A stretch of 64,000 nt of DNA from Schmidtea polychroa (lineage: Eukaryota), in NCBI GenBank assembly GCA_044892525.1, contig CM097885.1:40798001-40862000 (forward strand). Reading direction: 5' to 3'. Under the pieces are notes generated by a model. That model did no database searches. It had not been told where the DNA came from and saw nothing but the letters and a program-made list of their open reading frames with translations. The position numbers and the translations under genes are program-made. Positions 1 through 40,111 of the stretch are shown here, one piece after another (position 1 is the first letter of the stretch; every line of letters starts with the position of its first letter).

Positions 1-941
1 AACATTCACAAGGATAATCGAAATAATTAATTCATTTTTTAAATATATACTTCGCAGCAAAAGGCTTACATTATCATTTACTTGTTTAACATTTAATTAA
101 TGCTTTTAACATTTAATTAATAAATTCTACCAAGAAAACATCAATTTATAATATAAATTTTATATTATTATTATTGGTATTGTTGTTGTGAATCTTATGT
201 TACTTCTTCTAAGAAAGATGCTGCCCTAAGAGTCTCAATTAGTACAGAGATTGACAAAGAAAGTCTACTCACTACTCATCTGTTTGTTAATATTTGTATG
301 AAAAACGATGAAAATAATCCTTGCCAATTTATGAATAATGTTTACATAAAAAATCATTTCCAATTCGGTAAAATATTTATTATTCAAAATATTTCTTTAA
401 TACCAATTAAAAGAAATTTCCAAAATTAGGAATTTATTTTGTTATGAAAATTTAACGTTGAAACGATGCCAAGCATAAAATGATGCATCTGTCTAAACAG
501 CAGACAATTCTAATTCTTAAATCCAGCATTTCTATATGGTTATTACAGTGATTATACTGTTATTTTATAAAAATGGTTATTAATTTGTTTATTAAGTATT
601 TGTTTAATAAAATCCAACCAGAATATACAATAAAAGGTATATTTATAATGTTTTCAATAATTTATATAAAGTTTTATTAATTTAAGAATTATTATTGATA
701 CAGATTGGTTATAAACGTGCATGTATGAATTAGAATCTAAGTCTTAGATAATTGCAAACCACAAATTTTTACATTGTTCTTCATAAAATTTATATTTGTT
801 GGATTTCAGTATTTCCCAGTTATTATTGACAAACTAATTGCGGTATTTCAACATTGATAAGTGATAAATAATATGTTGTAGTTGTCAGGGGTCAACAAGC
901 TGTTATTTATTGACTTTAAAATTAACAGCTTATTGTATAAC

Positions 942-3639
942 TAGGCTGACCATTCGTCCCTTTTTTCAAGGGACAGTCCCTTTTTTCAGTATGGCACTCC
1001 TTAAATTTAAATTTTATTAAAGGGACGCAATTTGTCCCTTGTTCTCGCCATACTTCCCATAAAGTCCCTTATTTTATTCATATCTCTGAAATACCATATA
1101 TTTATTGCAACGCGTGAAAATCATTCACAGCGGCAAATCTCTTCATTTTTATATCTAACTACATTGCAAATTTTATTATTTTGCAGCTACATACAATGCA
1201 GCTAGTAAGGGCAGCGACAATGCAATTTTTCTTATTGTGAACAGCACTTTTAAATATCAATCGATTTCTTATTGTGAATAGAAAATCGATTTCTTATTGT
1301 GAATAGAAGAATGTCAAAAAAATGTCAAAAAAATTTTTAAACATATGTTTAAAATAAGTAAATAATTCGTTTTTCTGTTTATTTGAATATTTGTAGTTTA
1401 ACTGAATATTTGAATATTTAAAGTTAACTTTGTATAGAAATTCTACTAATAATTAGTGAATAATTTTTTTTAAAGATTTTATAAGGACATATATTAGTTT
1501 TAATGTTTATTTGAATATTTTAACGTAAGTAACTTTAGATAATCTTAAAATTTTCTATTAATAGTTAGTGAATAATTTTTTTAAAGGATGCCACCAAAGC
1601 GGAAATGTATATTTAATGAATTACTAGAAAAGGAATATCCATTTATTAAAAAAACCTCAACAGATAGTGACGTAAGATGTTCTAAATGTTATGCTGAATT
1701 TTCAATTGCGAGCAGTGGCCGCTGGGACATATCGCAGCATTTAAAAAGTGTGAAACACAAAAAAGCTGATATTGCTGCAAGTAGTAGTAAAAACTTAAAT
1801 TCATTTTTAAGAAATCAAAACTTTAACGACAGCGAAAAGAATTTGGCTCTTATTGAAGGTGCCTGGGCATATCACACAGTGCAACATAATCATTCATTTC
1901 GTTCCACTGATTGCACGACAAAATTAATTAACAAATGTTTCAATGGGAAATTCGCTTGTGCCAGAACAAAATCAGAGGCAATAATTTGCAATATTTTTAC
2001 ACCATTATCTTTAAATTCAATTGCAAATGATGTGTCTTCTGTGAATTTTTTAACTATTTATTCAGACTGTTCGAATCACGGAAGCGTCAAACTCTGGCCA
2101 ATTCTGGGCAGATACTTTTTACCAAAACAAGGAATTGTTGTAAAAAGTTTTGAAATTAAACAATTACCAGGAGAAACATCTGACATTATAACTTATAACA
2201 AGTTATATTAAAGAAGTTTTAATAAAATATGAAATAGCCAATAAATTGCTGGCTTTATGTGCTGATAATACCAATTGCAATTTTGGTGGCGCTGCGAGAA
2301 AAGGAAAAAATACTGTTTTCTATAAAATGAAAGAATCTATTGGAAGAGACTTAATTGGTGTAAATTGTGCTGGTCACATCGTGAACAATTGTATACAAAG
2401 TGCAGTAGAAAATCTTCCTCTAGATGTGGAAGTTGTAATATAAGATATATTCATTTTTTTATATTTATTCAGTACGGATAGAAAAATTAAAGGAATTATG
2501 TGATTCCATAGATGTTGAGTACAAAAAGTTATTAGGTTTTAGTAAGACTAGATGGCTTTCTCTTAGACCGGCTATTGAAAGAGTACTGAAACTATTTCCT
2601 GCATTAAAATCTTTCTTTTTGAGACAAGAAAAATGTCCTACCATTTTGAGAAATTTGTTTCAAGATCCATGTGCTGTAGTATGGTTAATCTTTGTACATT
2701 CTCAAAGTTCAACTTTTCATAACTATATTATTCAAATCGAATCAGAAAATATATCAATGATTGAAGTTGTAATTACTTTAAAAGAACTAAAATTTAAATT
2801 AATACAAAGAAGAAATGAAACTTTTTTGCCCTTAAAAGTTCAAAATTTGATTACAGATTTAGAAAAAAATCAAGAAATTGATATTTCAAGATTCAAAAAT
2901 ACAGTGTTTGCTTTTTATGATACTCGTGTAAAATATTTAAGCTAATGGACAAAAGAATTCGAAAATATATTGTTGTTGAATGGATTTTGTTACAAACTGT
3001 AATATCTTGGTCAAAAGTTGAAGACGGTTTAGTTTAAATCTGTGCAAAAATACCGAATATTGACGATACCGAGTTGTTTGATGAAGTGTCGTGCATCACA
3101 AATTTTGCAACTGAGGAAAAGATAAATGATTGGAATGCAAATAATATATGTGGTGATAAAAGATGGGTGGAAATTTTTCAACATTTTGATGAACAAAAAA
3201 TTTCTTATAAAAATGTCTTGAAAATTGTCGAGTTTTGTTTCTGTTTACCAGGCTCAAATGCACCTACAGAACGAGTGTTCTCCATCATGAATAATTTCTG
3301 GACAGCAGAAAAATCACAAATGAAAGTTGATACAATTAGATCACTATTAATATGTAAGTGCAATTTTGATCTCAATTGCATAATTTTTATAATTTTTTAA
3401 AAGAAGAAAAGGATCTTCTTAAAAAAATTCATTCTACTCAAAAATATTAAAAGTATAATAATATTTTATTTGTATTCTCTTAATTACATTGTTTTTCCTA
3501 GATAATAATTATGAAGATGCAATATTATTTTATTTCTTATTTTACCTGAATAAAAAGAAGACTGTTTATGTTTAAAATTGGAAAATGTTTTACTTAAATG
3601 TTTGTCCCTTATTTTTTCTGTTCAAAAATGGTCACCGTA
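942..3639 (+). mobile_element. Full-length hAT DNA transposon (inactive)
   Basis: TIR TAGGCTGACCATT (942) / AATGGTCACCGTA (ends 3639); perfect 8-bp TSD TGTATAAC at 934-941 and 3640-3647; subterminal GTCCCTT repeats; transposase inside. Confidence 0.93.
1588..3449 (+). pseudogene. hAT transposase, broken by stops and frameshifts
   Basis: ORF pieces 1588-2211 (CSKC..H..H zinc finger), 2246-2443 (ADNTNCNFG, CAGHIVNN), TRWLSL near 2547, 2619-2945 and 3074-3400 (PGSNAPTERVFS dimerisation motif). Confidence 0.9.
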
Positions 3640-4869
3640 TGTATAACGTTACCTCTACACCCTAGTTTGATTGAATTAGATTCAAGCCGATGCGTGACGC
3701 AAGCCGAGTAATCACTTTCCTCTCGAAAACAACCTATTGGGAATTATAATAAATCAAATTTAAAATACAAAATAAATTTATTTTGACCCAATAAGTTGTA
3801 AATTTAAATAATGATCAAATTCACCTGAAAAAGGCAGTGCCGAAAATTCGTGAATATCAAAAACATCAATATATTTACTAATTCATGGTTTTCAAGCTTT
3901 GGAAAAGAAATGGAAAAGAAATCAGTGGTGAAATTTGAAAAAAAAGTTCTTATAATTAATTTAAATAATTTAAATCATATTAATTCATTTTAAAATAATT
4001 AATAATTATAAATTGCAGATTTATTTTTCAAATATGTTTGATAAGAAATGTTCAAAGTTCAACTCAGGTTTTAGAGGCATTAGTAAGAATATCATGATTT
4101 CATTTTGTTTTATTTCAATTTTCATTTTAACCTTGGACTTAATAGTTAATATTGCGGCGAATAACTTACAAGAATAAATTAGAAGAATCCAAACAACCAA
4201 AAAATATCTTGAAGAAATTTCTTTAAAACCATAGTTTCAGATTATGTTGTATAAAAATGACATCGCTAGTCGATTCCAATTTAGAAAGTTCAGATTGTTC
4301 TTCATCTTTAATAATTTAAGTGTTTCAGTTAACATTTTAACACTAAACGCGCCTTTAAAAGTTAACTTGTTTTGTATTTTCGTGTCAAGCCACCAATGCA
4401 AAATTTATAAGTAAATGTGTTTGACTTTGTACTCATTTTACTAGCTTAAATCGGAAGTTAAGTGCGATATAAAATTTTCTCAGATTTTGTTTTTGCAAAA
4501 TATTGCTCAGTCTGTAGTACACAACCATATATATATAATTTTAGGCATTTAAAGGATTAAAATTATATCTAATTGTACCATTTTTCAATCATTAATCTAC
4601 ATCTGACCATGTCTCTGACTTTTTATTAGATTTTTTGTATGGATTATATGATTATTTTATGGGTTATGATTTTGTATTGATTATATGATTTTTTTATAAA
4701 TTATATAATTTTGTATATATTAAATTTTGTATAGATTTTGTATGTTAATATTTTTAATTAAATATAAATACTTTTATATAATTCCTAGTGTTATATGTTA
4801 GTAGAACATCTGCTCAGGTTTTTTGAAAAACATTTTCAGTAATTGAACTCATATTTCAAATTGTATTAA

Positions 4870-5108
4870 CCCTTTCAATACTGTAGGGACATACTGTCTT
4901 AGAGAATTTCTAATAATTACTAAAATAATTTAAATGCTTAAAAATGCATTGGAATCTGGGATTTTAGTACTGTACGGTCATAGGGTCGTAAACAAGTCCA
5001 AACCTGTCTGCTTCGTTGCTGTTTGCTGTCTGCTTTTTTTCTTTTCTATAAAATTTTATCAGTCTATATATTGCTATTAATTATTAAAAAAAAATCATAT
5101 TGAAAGGG
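4870..5108. mobile_element. piggyBac-type MITE
   Basis: TIR CCCTTTCAATA/TATTGAAAGGG, flanked by TTAA at 4866-4869 and 5109-5112. Confidence 0.8.
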
Positions 5109-5727
5109 TTAATTATCACAATATTGTCTAATATTTAAACAAACATTTCGGTATTGTATCAAACAATCTCGGAAAAATTATCAGAAGAATTCAATATTTA
5201 AATTTAAATCTAATTAATTTTTTTATTTAAATTTATATAATTTACAATTAAAACTTATTTTTAATCTTAATTATTTACGACTTAAATTTAAATCATTCTA
5301 CGAAATCACTTAAAAATATTTATCCAAATTTAAATAAAATAATTTATTCTTTTAACTTGTTTATTATTAAAAAATTTAAATTCATTTAAACTTATCTCGA
5401 CAAATCATTCGAAATGTTTAACTCTCGGCCGAAAACACTTCACACCCAGATATTTTATCTGTTTGGAATTATTTTCAAGTTGATTTAAAAATATTATTGG
5501 AATATGTTTATACAAGTTAAATATAATAGGAATGTTTATATTAGAGGGGTTTCACTGTATCCCAAAAATCATCTAAATAATGTTTTAAAATATTCACGTG
5601 ACGTCTTTTTTGAATTGCTTATTTATAATTTTCATTGCCGTTTGTCGAACCGGATGTATTTCACAGTAGTTCCGACTGAATGATATTAATAAATATATAT
5701 ACGTAGATTGAAAACTACTTATTTTCT

Positions 5728-5854
5728 ATTATAAGAACTTTTTTTTCTAATTTCACCACTGATTTCTTTTCCATTGTAGATATTATAAAAGCTTGACTAT
5801 GAATATCAGTAAATATATCGATGTTTTTGATATATTTACTGATTCATAGTCAAG
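5728..5854. repeat. Dispersed repeat with fold-back hairpin (other copies ~3850-3956 inverted and ~7033-7177)
   Basis: Shared ATTATAAGAACTTTTTT..ATTTCACCAC block followed by a GACTATGAAT..ATTCATAGTC hairpin. Confidence 0.7.
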
Positions 5855-7378
5855 TATTTTAATAAATACTCATTTTCTGTTTATAAAAGATTGAATTTGG
5901 AACTAGTTCAACTTGGAAATCTCAATTCAAATGACATAATTTTACAAAAACTATCGTTCTTAGTAATTTTTTACTTTTCCTAATTGTTTTTAAAGTTATT
6001 TTTCGTTATTTATTAGTAAGATTTGTATAACTCAAAATATTATAATTATTAGACTATTTTTGAAATTTATTTGTTGCAATATTATTTGCATTTTGCGCAT
6101 CTTATTTATTTATTCATATACATTTGAACTAATCTAATAACACCTTCGGGCGTTTCACTTTGAAATCTTTTATGATTTATCAATGGTCTTAGACTTCATA
6201 TCCCAAATGCTCTTTTTATCATTTGTGTACAATTTTGAATAGAAATATAATAGAAATATAATCACTTTAACTAAAGTGGTGAAAAAACGGATAATGATTT
6301 CAAAAGATATTTTACTTTAGGGAATCATTTTTCATCAGTCACTCTTATAAGGTCTAATAGAAAAATATAAATTTAACCCTTAAATTAATCTTTAGAAACT
6401 TGTTTAAATGTATCATCTTGAATTCTCCCACCAATTAATTACGACAATGTAGTTGAAATCTGGTGAATTATTAAAATCAGTGAAAAGGTCGTACCATACT
6501 GTTGTTCATTTGCATCTTTTTATTTAAGCTTGGCAGCTGACCACCAGGTAACATTACATTTAAGTATTATTAAGGCTTGTCTATATTTACGCTTTGTAAT
6601 TAATAATTTTTGAACAAAGCTGGTAATAACAATTCATCAGCAAAAGAAAAAGTAATATCTTCAACAACTTTGACCTGACGCCTTATTTTTATTAGTTTTT
6701 TATGTACCTTTTTGTAATGGTCTTTTCTAATTATATTATCCCAATAATATAAAAAGGCACAAAATTTAATTTCACCGCGTAAATTTACATGTTTATGGTT
6801 ATTTCCCAAAAATCCTCCACTGCCACTTTACAGAAAATCCTAATAGTGGCCGAATAGATATTTTTATGGCTTTTAATAGACTTTTATTTTATAATTTAGG
6901 TACTTCAGAAAAGCTTTCGTGTCGAATAAACTAATTTTTTCTTATTATAATCAACACTGGTTAATCGAACAATGAAAATTAACTATAACAAGTAGATGAC
7001 AAGATAAGCTTGCTGCGAAGTTTTCTCATTTATTATAAGAACTTTTTTCAATTTTCACCACCGATTTTTTTCAATTGACTTTGTATTTATGAAGAAACCT
7101 GACTATGAATCAGTAAATATATCGATGTGTTTTTTATATTTTTATTGATTCATAGTCAAGTTTCTTGATAAATACAATTTTCTCATTTAATATTTTTTTC
7201 CAGCAAAGGTTAATCTTGTCATTTATTTGTTTAACATTTAATTTATGTTACTACCAAGAAACCATCATTTTATACTTAAAAAATACCTATATAATGAAAA
7301 ATATTATAAAATATTTATGTTATTTATTCTAATTAGATTCCGTCAAAAAAATAAAAGTGATTTTGGCACAACCTTTGA

Positions 7379-8498
7379 ATGTTGGCTATGTTGGCTAATT
7401 TTCTTTTTCACCTAAGCTTAATAGAAATATATGCTTATGTAAATATCAGAATTCTATTTGTACGTTTAGAAACTATAGAGCGTCAAATAAAATATGTTCC
7501 AATAAAGGCTTTTTTGTTCAAAATAATTTTAGTCATTATTGTGACTGTCTAGATGGATTTATAGGTATATTTTGTGAAAAAGAATATTTTCCGTGTCTAC
7601 AGGAGGCTCCATGTCTAAATGATGGAATATGTGCAGAAACTCGTTATTCTAGCACTTACCGTGATTGTCAATTGGAGACATACGGTAAACAATGTGAAAT
7701 AAACCCTCCTTGTCCTAGGTCTCATTGTAAAAATGATGGCGATTGTTTTGGTAATTATATTGACTACGTATGCAAATGTAAACAAGGATTTTCTGGAGAA
7801 TTTTGTACTTTTGAAAACGTTAAATGTCCAGTTTGTGAAAATAATGGAACATGTGTTAATCTTGGTAAAGAATACATCTCCAACTGCAAAAATGAATTTG
7901 TCGGACATTATTTTCAATTATCTACTTTACCCTGTGTAGAAAAGAAGTGTAAACATTTTGGAAGCTGTTACAAATCGACTGACAATCAAGAGCACTGTTA
8001 TTGTCACCCGAAATATACGGGGAAACTCTGTGAAAGCCAAACTGTATGTACAAAATACTGCAATAATGGTGGATCGTGTGAAGAAAGGAATTTTAGAATT
8101 TACGGTTTAGTGTTAAGCAATGTTTGTTGCATGTGTTCTTATGGATTTACGGGTGATAATTTTGAATTTAAGAAAGATACATTAGATCCAAATGAAATAA
8201 AATTGAAAACTACAAAATTTGAAATTCTAGAAGACAAAAATATAATTTGTGCAGTTGGAGTTAAAGCAGAAAATGTAGCGATGATTTTATTTTTCCAATT
8301 GGAAAATGTGATACTACTTATTTTGGTAAGTGTTGCCATCATCAGAATGAATGTTCTGATAACCTTTTATGTCACAACAATGGGATTTGTCAGGCTGATC
8401 ACAAAGGTTAATTTATCAAATGCCACTGTTATAAAAACTGGATAGGTCCGTATTGCAGTCAATTTCAATACTATCGGCATAATCTTGATAAAATTTAA
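7379..8498 (+). pseudogene. Intronless secreted multi-EGF-repeat protein, disrupted
   Basis: Signal-peptide-like MLAMLANFLFHLSLIEIYA, then a frameshift near 7436 into a frame open 7399-8445 with repeated EGF motifs (CxNxGxC, CxCxxGFxGxxC). Second frameshift near 8255, then an in-frame TAA before the last EGF (CHCYKNWIGPYC). Confidence 0.75.
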
Positions 8499-8823
8499 CT
8501 TCATAAATATAATGCCTAGTGATTATAAATAGCAACTTTTATAAAATAAAATTCTTTTAATGAATAAATGTATGTTTGTGTTTAGCTCCACTAATTTTGC
8601 TCATTTCAAATTTCTGTGAAAAAATATACCTTTAGTTACGTAAGCACCCAGTTTTACGTCATAAATGTTATAGTGCCCATTAAGTAGTGAGACTATTTTA
8701 CTTTATATGTAAATATAAATATTATAAGCGCAATTCATTTATGCGGTTTAATAGTGAAATAGTCTAGTTCTCGGATGTGAATCCAAAAGCATTCAATTTT
8801 TGATAATTTTTTAATATAATTAA

Positions 8824-9034
8824 CCCATTAAACTTCCCTGATCTTCAAATGGAAATTCGGATGTTTTTTTATATTTAATTTTATGCAATAAAATTAATAT
8901 CCAATGAAAATAAAAACCCTTCATGTTGTTCTAATATATTTTATGTTTGACAGTTTCCCGGTCTGTGCAAGTGGACTAAACAAATATATGTAACATATAC
9001 GACAAAATTTTAAAAGAATTTGGCAGTTAATGGG
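8824..9034. mobile_element. piggyBac-type MITE
   Basis: TIR CCCATTAA../..TTAATGGG with TTAA at 8820-8823 and 9035-9038. Confidence 0.7.
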
Positions 9035-10843
9035 TTAAGTTGGTCTCCCGGAAACAGTTTTATTTCATTAAAAATTATATGCATATTGTTTTCTAAATCC
9101 GTTATTGTTTTAATTTTTCAATATAGCCATTAATCTACTTGATAAAATACACCCCAAAAGCACTTGCAATTTAATTAAACAATTTCTCGAACAAACGATA
9201 TGCCTGGGTTATAAAGAGCAATGGTACAATTTGCATTTGTGAAAATCGGAATATGTGCAACGTCAAATTCGATGCATTTGTAAATTATCATGATTGTTTT
9301 TGCATAACTTAATTCAATTTTTAGCAAAAGTTGATGGCAAGCTTACTGTTGAATCAAACATACTCATTCATTGTTATTTCACTTGATCAGAACCGGGAAT
9401 TTCATATTCTATCACTGCCTTAGTTTTGCATAAATTATTTCAATAGGTATTAACTACTGAAACTTCAAATAAAAAATTAGTAAAAAAATTCGCAATAATG
9501 TCAGTTCAAATAAATGTATCTTAATATCACCATTAGTGGGTCGCAGATAATCCACATTTTACAATTTCATGTCGTTTCCAACACAACCCAAGATACAATG
9601 GTTTACTTTGCCATTCGACACCCTTTGAGCAGTCAATGTTGGTAATATGTCATTGATTAATACTCGCAGAAAGTGAGCGTACCTCTGTACACTTTTGTCG
9701 TCGAGCATTCGAGCGGGTTCACGGACTACTGATAAAAAACTTATGTTCAATTTGAGTTTAGGTCACAATTTTATTAGTTTAATGAATTCGAAATGCATAA
9801 AACCAAGAAATGCTAATTATTATTTATCTCGTTCGGCGGAAATGGTAACCTGTGAATTTATAATGAATTTATGTGTTTTATGTAAATTTCTCTCATAACT
9901 TAATGTTATACTATGCTTCAAAAATTCTGGGCAAGGATCCGCCATTATTTTCATTTTCGATAGTTTGATTTCATTCACCTTAGATTGTCATTATTTAAGG
10001 ATAATCGTTAAAATGTTTTGGGCAGGGATCCGCTCCTAATTCTTAATTTTATGGATTCAATTTAGTCATGATCCGTGAGAAATTCGTCTACTCTGAAATT
10101 ATTGTTGTCAAGTTTGAGTCAATTTGATATTGATTACTCGCCTCACATAGCCCACTGGACATTAGTATTTGTTTACTCTCTGTTATTTGTCTATGGTATA
10201 GTGTCTATGATATGTTTGACTATTTTTCGTGAATTACATCTTCGTCTTGTTATTATTTTATTTTATTTTTGTGTTTTATCATTTTGGTGTTATGTAAGTT
10301 CTTTCAATGTTGATTATTTGACGTTTTATGTGTTTTTATTTTAGCTTTACTCAGTGCTGTGTCAGCGTGCTATTTTCCGACGCATTCCGATCATGTTTCT
10401 TATACGTGGGCTTAAATTAAGTTTTTGCCATTCACCTATTTGATTTCTCTATTCAGCATTTTATCACAAAAGTCAAAGGGCAAAATGACAAATAATAAAT
10501 TTGAAAATTTCTCATTAAATTAATATTTCATTTAGATAAAAACTATTACAATTTTTCAATTCAACTTTTATTAATTTAATAAAATTTACTTCATATTCTT
10601 AAATATAAAATTTATACATTTTAACACTAACTAAAAATTTTAAATCACAATAAAAAGTAAATATACAATTTAAATTTAAATTTTAATAAAAAATCCTAAA
10701 ATAAGATAACTTTATTAAAAAATTTGTTTATCCGAAATAATAAACATTACTCTTTTATGTTGATATTCATTTAATTTATATTAAATTAATATTGAAGTTG
10801 TAAATAGTTAATTTTATCCACTTATTCTCATATTAATTATAAC

Positions 10844-37003
<26,160 letters not shown>

Positions 37004-37407
37004 TAGATGATTGGATCTATTTCCTCCTATTAAATCACCGGAAGTGAATCGGTCAGTTTTTTACTGGCTTGAAATTTATTTTCTGTCAATATAAAGCAAC
37101 CAATCATATTTTAGATTTTTATGTTTTGTTAATGTTTTACTTCTTGCTTGATTTATTTTATTTTTAATTTTCCACATTCAATTTTTAAGTTTATTATATT
37201 TATTAATCTGGATTAATTTTATTACGTATTATAAATAATGTTGTTGTGAGTGTCTTTGGAATTTCAAAATTATTATGTTATGCTTTGAAAACACATATGA
37301 AGCTAAATATTCCATATATATTTTGGATTGGATGTGTTACGTAATAAATTATTATTTTTCAAGAAATATTACATAATAAAAAGTTAAACACATTTTATTT
37401 GATTATA

Positions 37408-38627
37408 CACCCAACTCTTTTTACACCGTAGATACGTTCCAACGAAAATCGTGTAAAAAAGACATGTTAACCATAGTAAAATTGAGGATGTGTGAGAAAA
37501 CCATGTAAAATAAAAACCCGTGCAAAGAAAATAGTAAATCTTGAAACCATATTATATAAGTTTTAGAAAATATAATCCATACATGTTTTTATTAAAAATA
37601 AATAATAATAGTAATTTTAGTCCATAAGTAAAAAACAAATAAAATTTTTGTTCATAAATACATATAAATTAAATTCAAATTGGAAATATAAGTCTTATTT
37701 ACCAACTAATATTTATTATCACTACTTTATAATAAGCGTGCACGTTTATTATAGACTTGCATATTTTCAAAGCCCTCACCACCAATTTCGTGTGAAAGCG
37801 TTACAATTTCAGAACACTCAACTGCATTTTGTATTACAGAGTTACTAATTTTAACACACGCTGGCCATATTTTCTTCCAACAAGCATTTAAGATAGAAGT
37901 CCGCAGTTGTTTTATGGCAAAAGAAGCATGTGTAATACAATCCATAATCTTATAACTTTTCCATGCTTCGACAACCGTCAAATTTCTGTCTTCGATTGAA
38001 TCCAAAATATATTTAAAAGCTTGTTTTATGTAATAGACTTTAAAGGTTGCTATTATACCCTGATCCAATGGTTGGATCAAAGAAGTGATGTTAAGCGTCA
38101 AAAATACCAACTCAATATTTGGATGGTGTAGTACAGGATTGCTGGGTGCATTATCGACGAGTAAGAGTACTTTGAATTGAAAACCCTTTTGTTCCATATA
38201 TTTTTGAACTTCAGTAACGAAGCATTCTTGGAACCATTTTGTAAAGAATTCTCCTGTCATCCACTGACAGCTGTTTAATATTCTTGCCTTTCAAAGCTCG
38301 TGGCATTAATGACCTGTTGATAAACAGTGGCTTTAAAATCTTATCTCCAGATGCGTTACTACACAATAAAAACGTTACTCGATCCTTAGTGGCTTTGAAA
38401 CCACCAGCAGATTTTTCTGATTTTGCAATGTAGGTCCTGGAGGGCATTTTTTCCAGAATAATCCCGTCTCATCGGCATTAATATATTTGTCAAAATAACA
38501 ATAAAAACAAAATTAAAACAAATTTTTTTTGGAAATAGTGTTAAACCGAATATTTCGTGCAAAAAAAGATTTGTTCCTTTTTTGTGGACCGTGTTATTTC
38601 AAAATCGTGTAAAAAAAGAATTGGGTG
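37408..38627 (-). mobile_element. pogo/Tigger element, internally deleted; frameshifted DDE transposase at 37727-38480
   Basis: TIR CACCCAACTCTTTTTACAC/GTGTAAAAAAAGAATTGGGTG; TA TSD; NADETGLFWKKMPSRTYI, LLLVDNAPS and IQPLDQGIIATFK. Confidence 0.9.
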
Positions 38628-38886
38628 TACAATATATTATGCAACACTGTATCATATTAACTGAATACATAACATAATTTTTGTGCATATTTTACAATGA
38701 TTACGTAATTAATTATGTAATATTCATTAAATTCTATTTTCTACATAAATTTAAGTTTTTGATAATTCATTTTTACCGAGACAGGACAAGCTTTCAGTGT
38801 TACATTGAATAGATAGAATTTAATTTTCGAAAATTACTTTTTAAAAAAAAATTTAGTGTTAAGTTCGTAATGTAATTTATTTGACT

Positions 38887-40111
38887 CAGGGCCAGCCCTA
38901 GTCACAATGGCGCCTTAGACAAAGCATACATTTTTGCGCCCTATGACCAGACAAATCTACCACATTACCTCACGTTTGACACGTTACAACTGAACGATGA
39001 ACTACCACATAAGGGCCCAGAACATTACCCATGTTATACCTCAACTAAGTTATTTATTATTATAATTTTTTTAATAAGTACAGTCGGCACTTGTTAATAT
39101 AAATTTCGTAATATAAATTGTAGAACACTTACATTGCAAAATAATGTTATTTTTGCAATTTTTCTAGAAAGGCATTGGTAAGAACTTCACAAGTTGGATC
39201 TTCAACTACGATAAAACCGACAAAATGGTCGCGTATAGAAGCATGTTCATTAATATCTACAAAGCGTATTGTGATAGACATCTGCTTTTTATGACTCTGA
39301 TCGGGAGTGCAGTCAAGAATTATAGAGAAATATTTAGCCAGTCTAGCAAAATCTAAAATCGGAATCAGAGGTAGATAGACTCATTAATTCATTTTCAGTG
39401 ATAGTAAGGCCTACTTCCGTTTTATTTTGAGCAACATCTTAACTATTAATATTGAGCGTTGCGGTTTCTGAATTGCTAGCTGAAGACTGCCCAGATTGGA
39501 CACTAACAATAACAGCTGGAGTAGTTTTGTTTTTCTCTAAATACCTGGAAAGCCATCTAGTTTGTTTTTCATACTAAGTTCTGGTTGTTGATTTTTCTGA
39601 TAAGATTGAGAACCTGATAACTTTTGGCGTTTCATAGGGTTTATTATTTACTAATTAGATATAAATAAGAAAACTGATTAAAATTTATTAAAATTTAACT
39701 TATTTCAATACCTTTTGTTTTGCTTTTTCAACTGATCACATTTCAATACTGTCTGCGTTTTGTTGCAAAATCATTTTAATAATAACGCTCACTAATCATC
39801 AATTTAAATTATAATTAATTAAATTTGAAACATTTTAAAAATTTAGTTGATATAACTTATTATGAGAATATGTTTACGTTCTGAATGATAATCATTTTAT
39901 CTATTAAAAAGACGAAGACTGAATCTAAACACTTGGTTGAGGTAAAAGTGCCCTGTTAGAAATATTATAAGTTATAAGCAATAGTTTTTAATTCAAAATT
40001 AATGAAGATTCACAGGTTACATTTATAAAAAGGTTAAAAAGTGAAAAAAACGAAACACATTTTTTGGTCAAAATGGCACCCCCTGATTTTGGCGCCCTTG
40101 GCAACACCCTG
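38887..40111 (-). mobile_element. Deleted hAT (ZMYM1/Tip100-like) element
   Basis: CAGGGCC..CCCTG ends, GGCGCCC subterminal motifs, minus-strand MKRQKLSGSQ and QMSITIRFVD..HFVGFI peptides; no TSD. Confidence 0.6.

Noticed and set aside
9100..10400. Possible minus-strand gene or short ORFs upstream of ERM
   Set aside because: No recognisable motif and no consistent exon chain.
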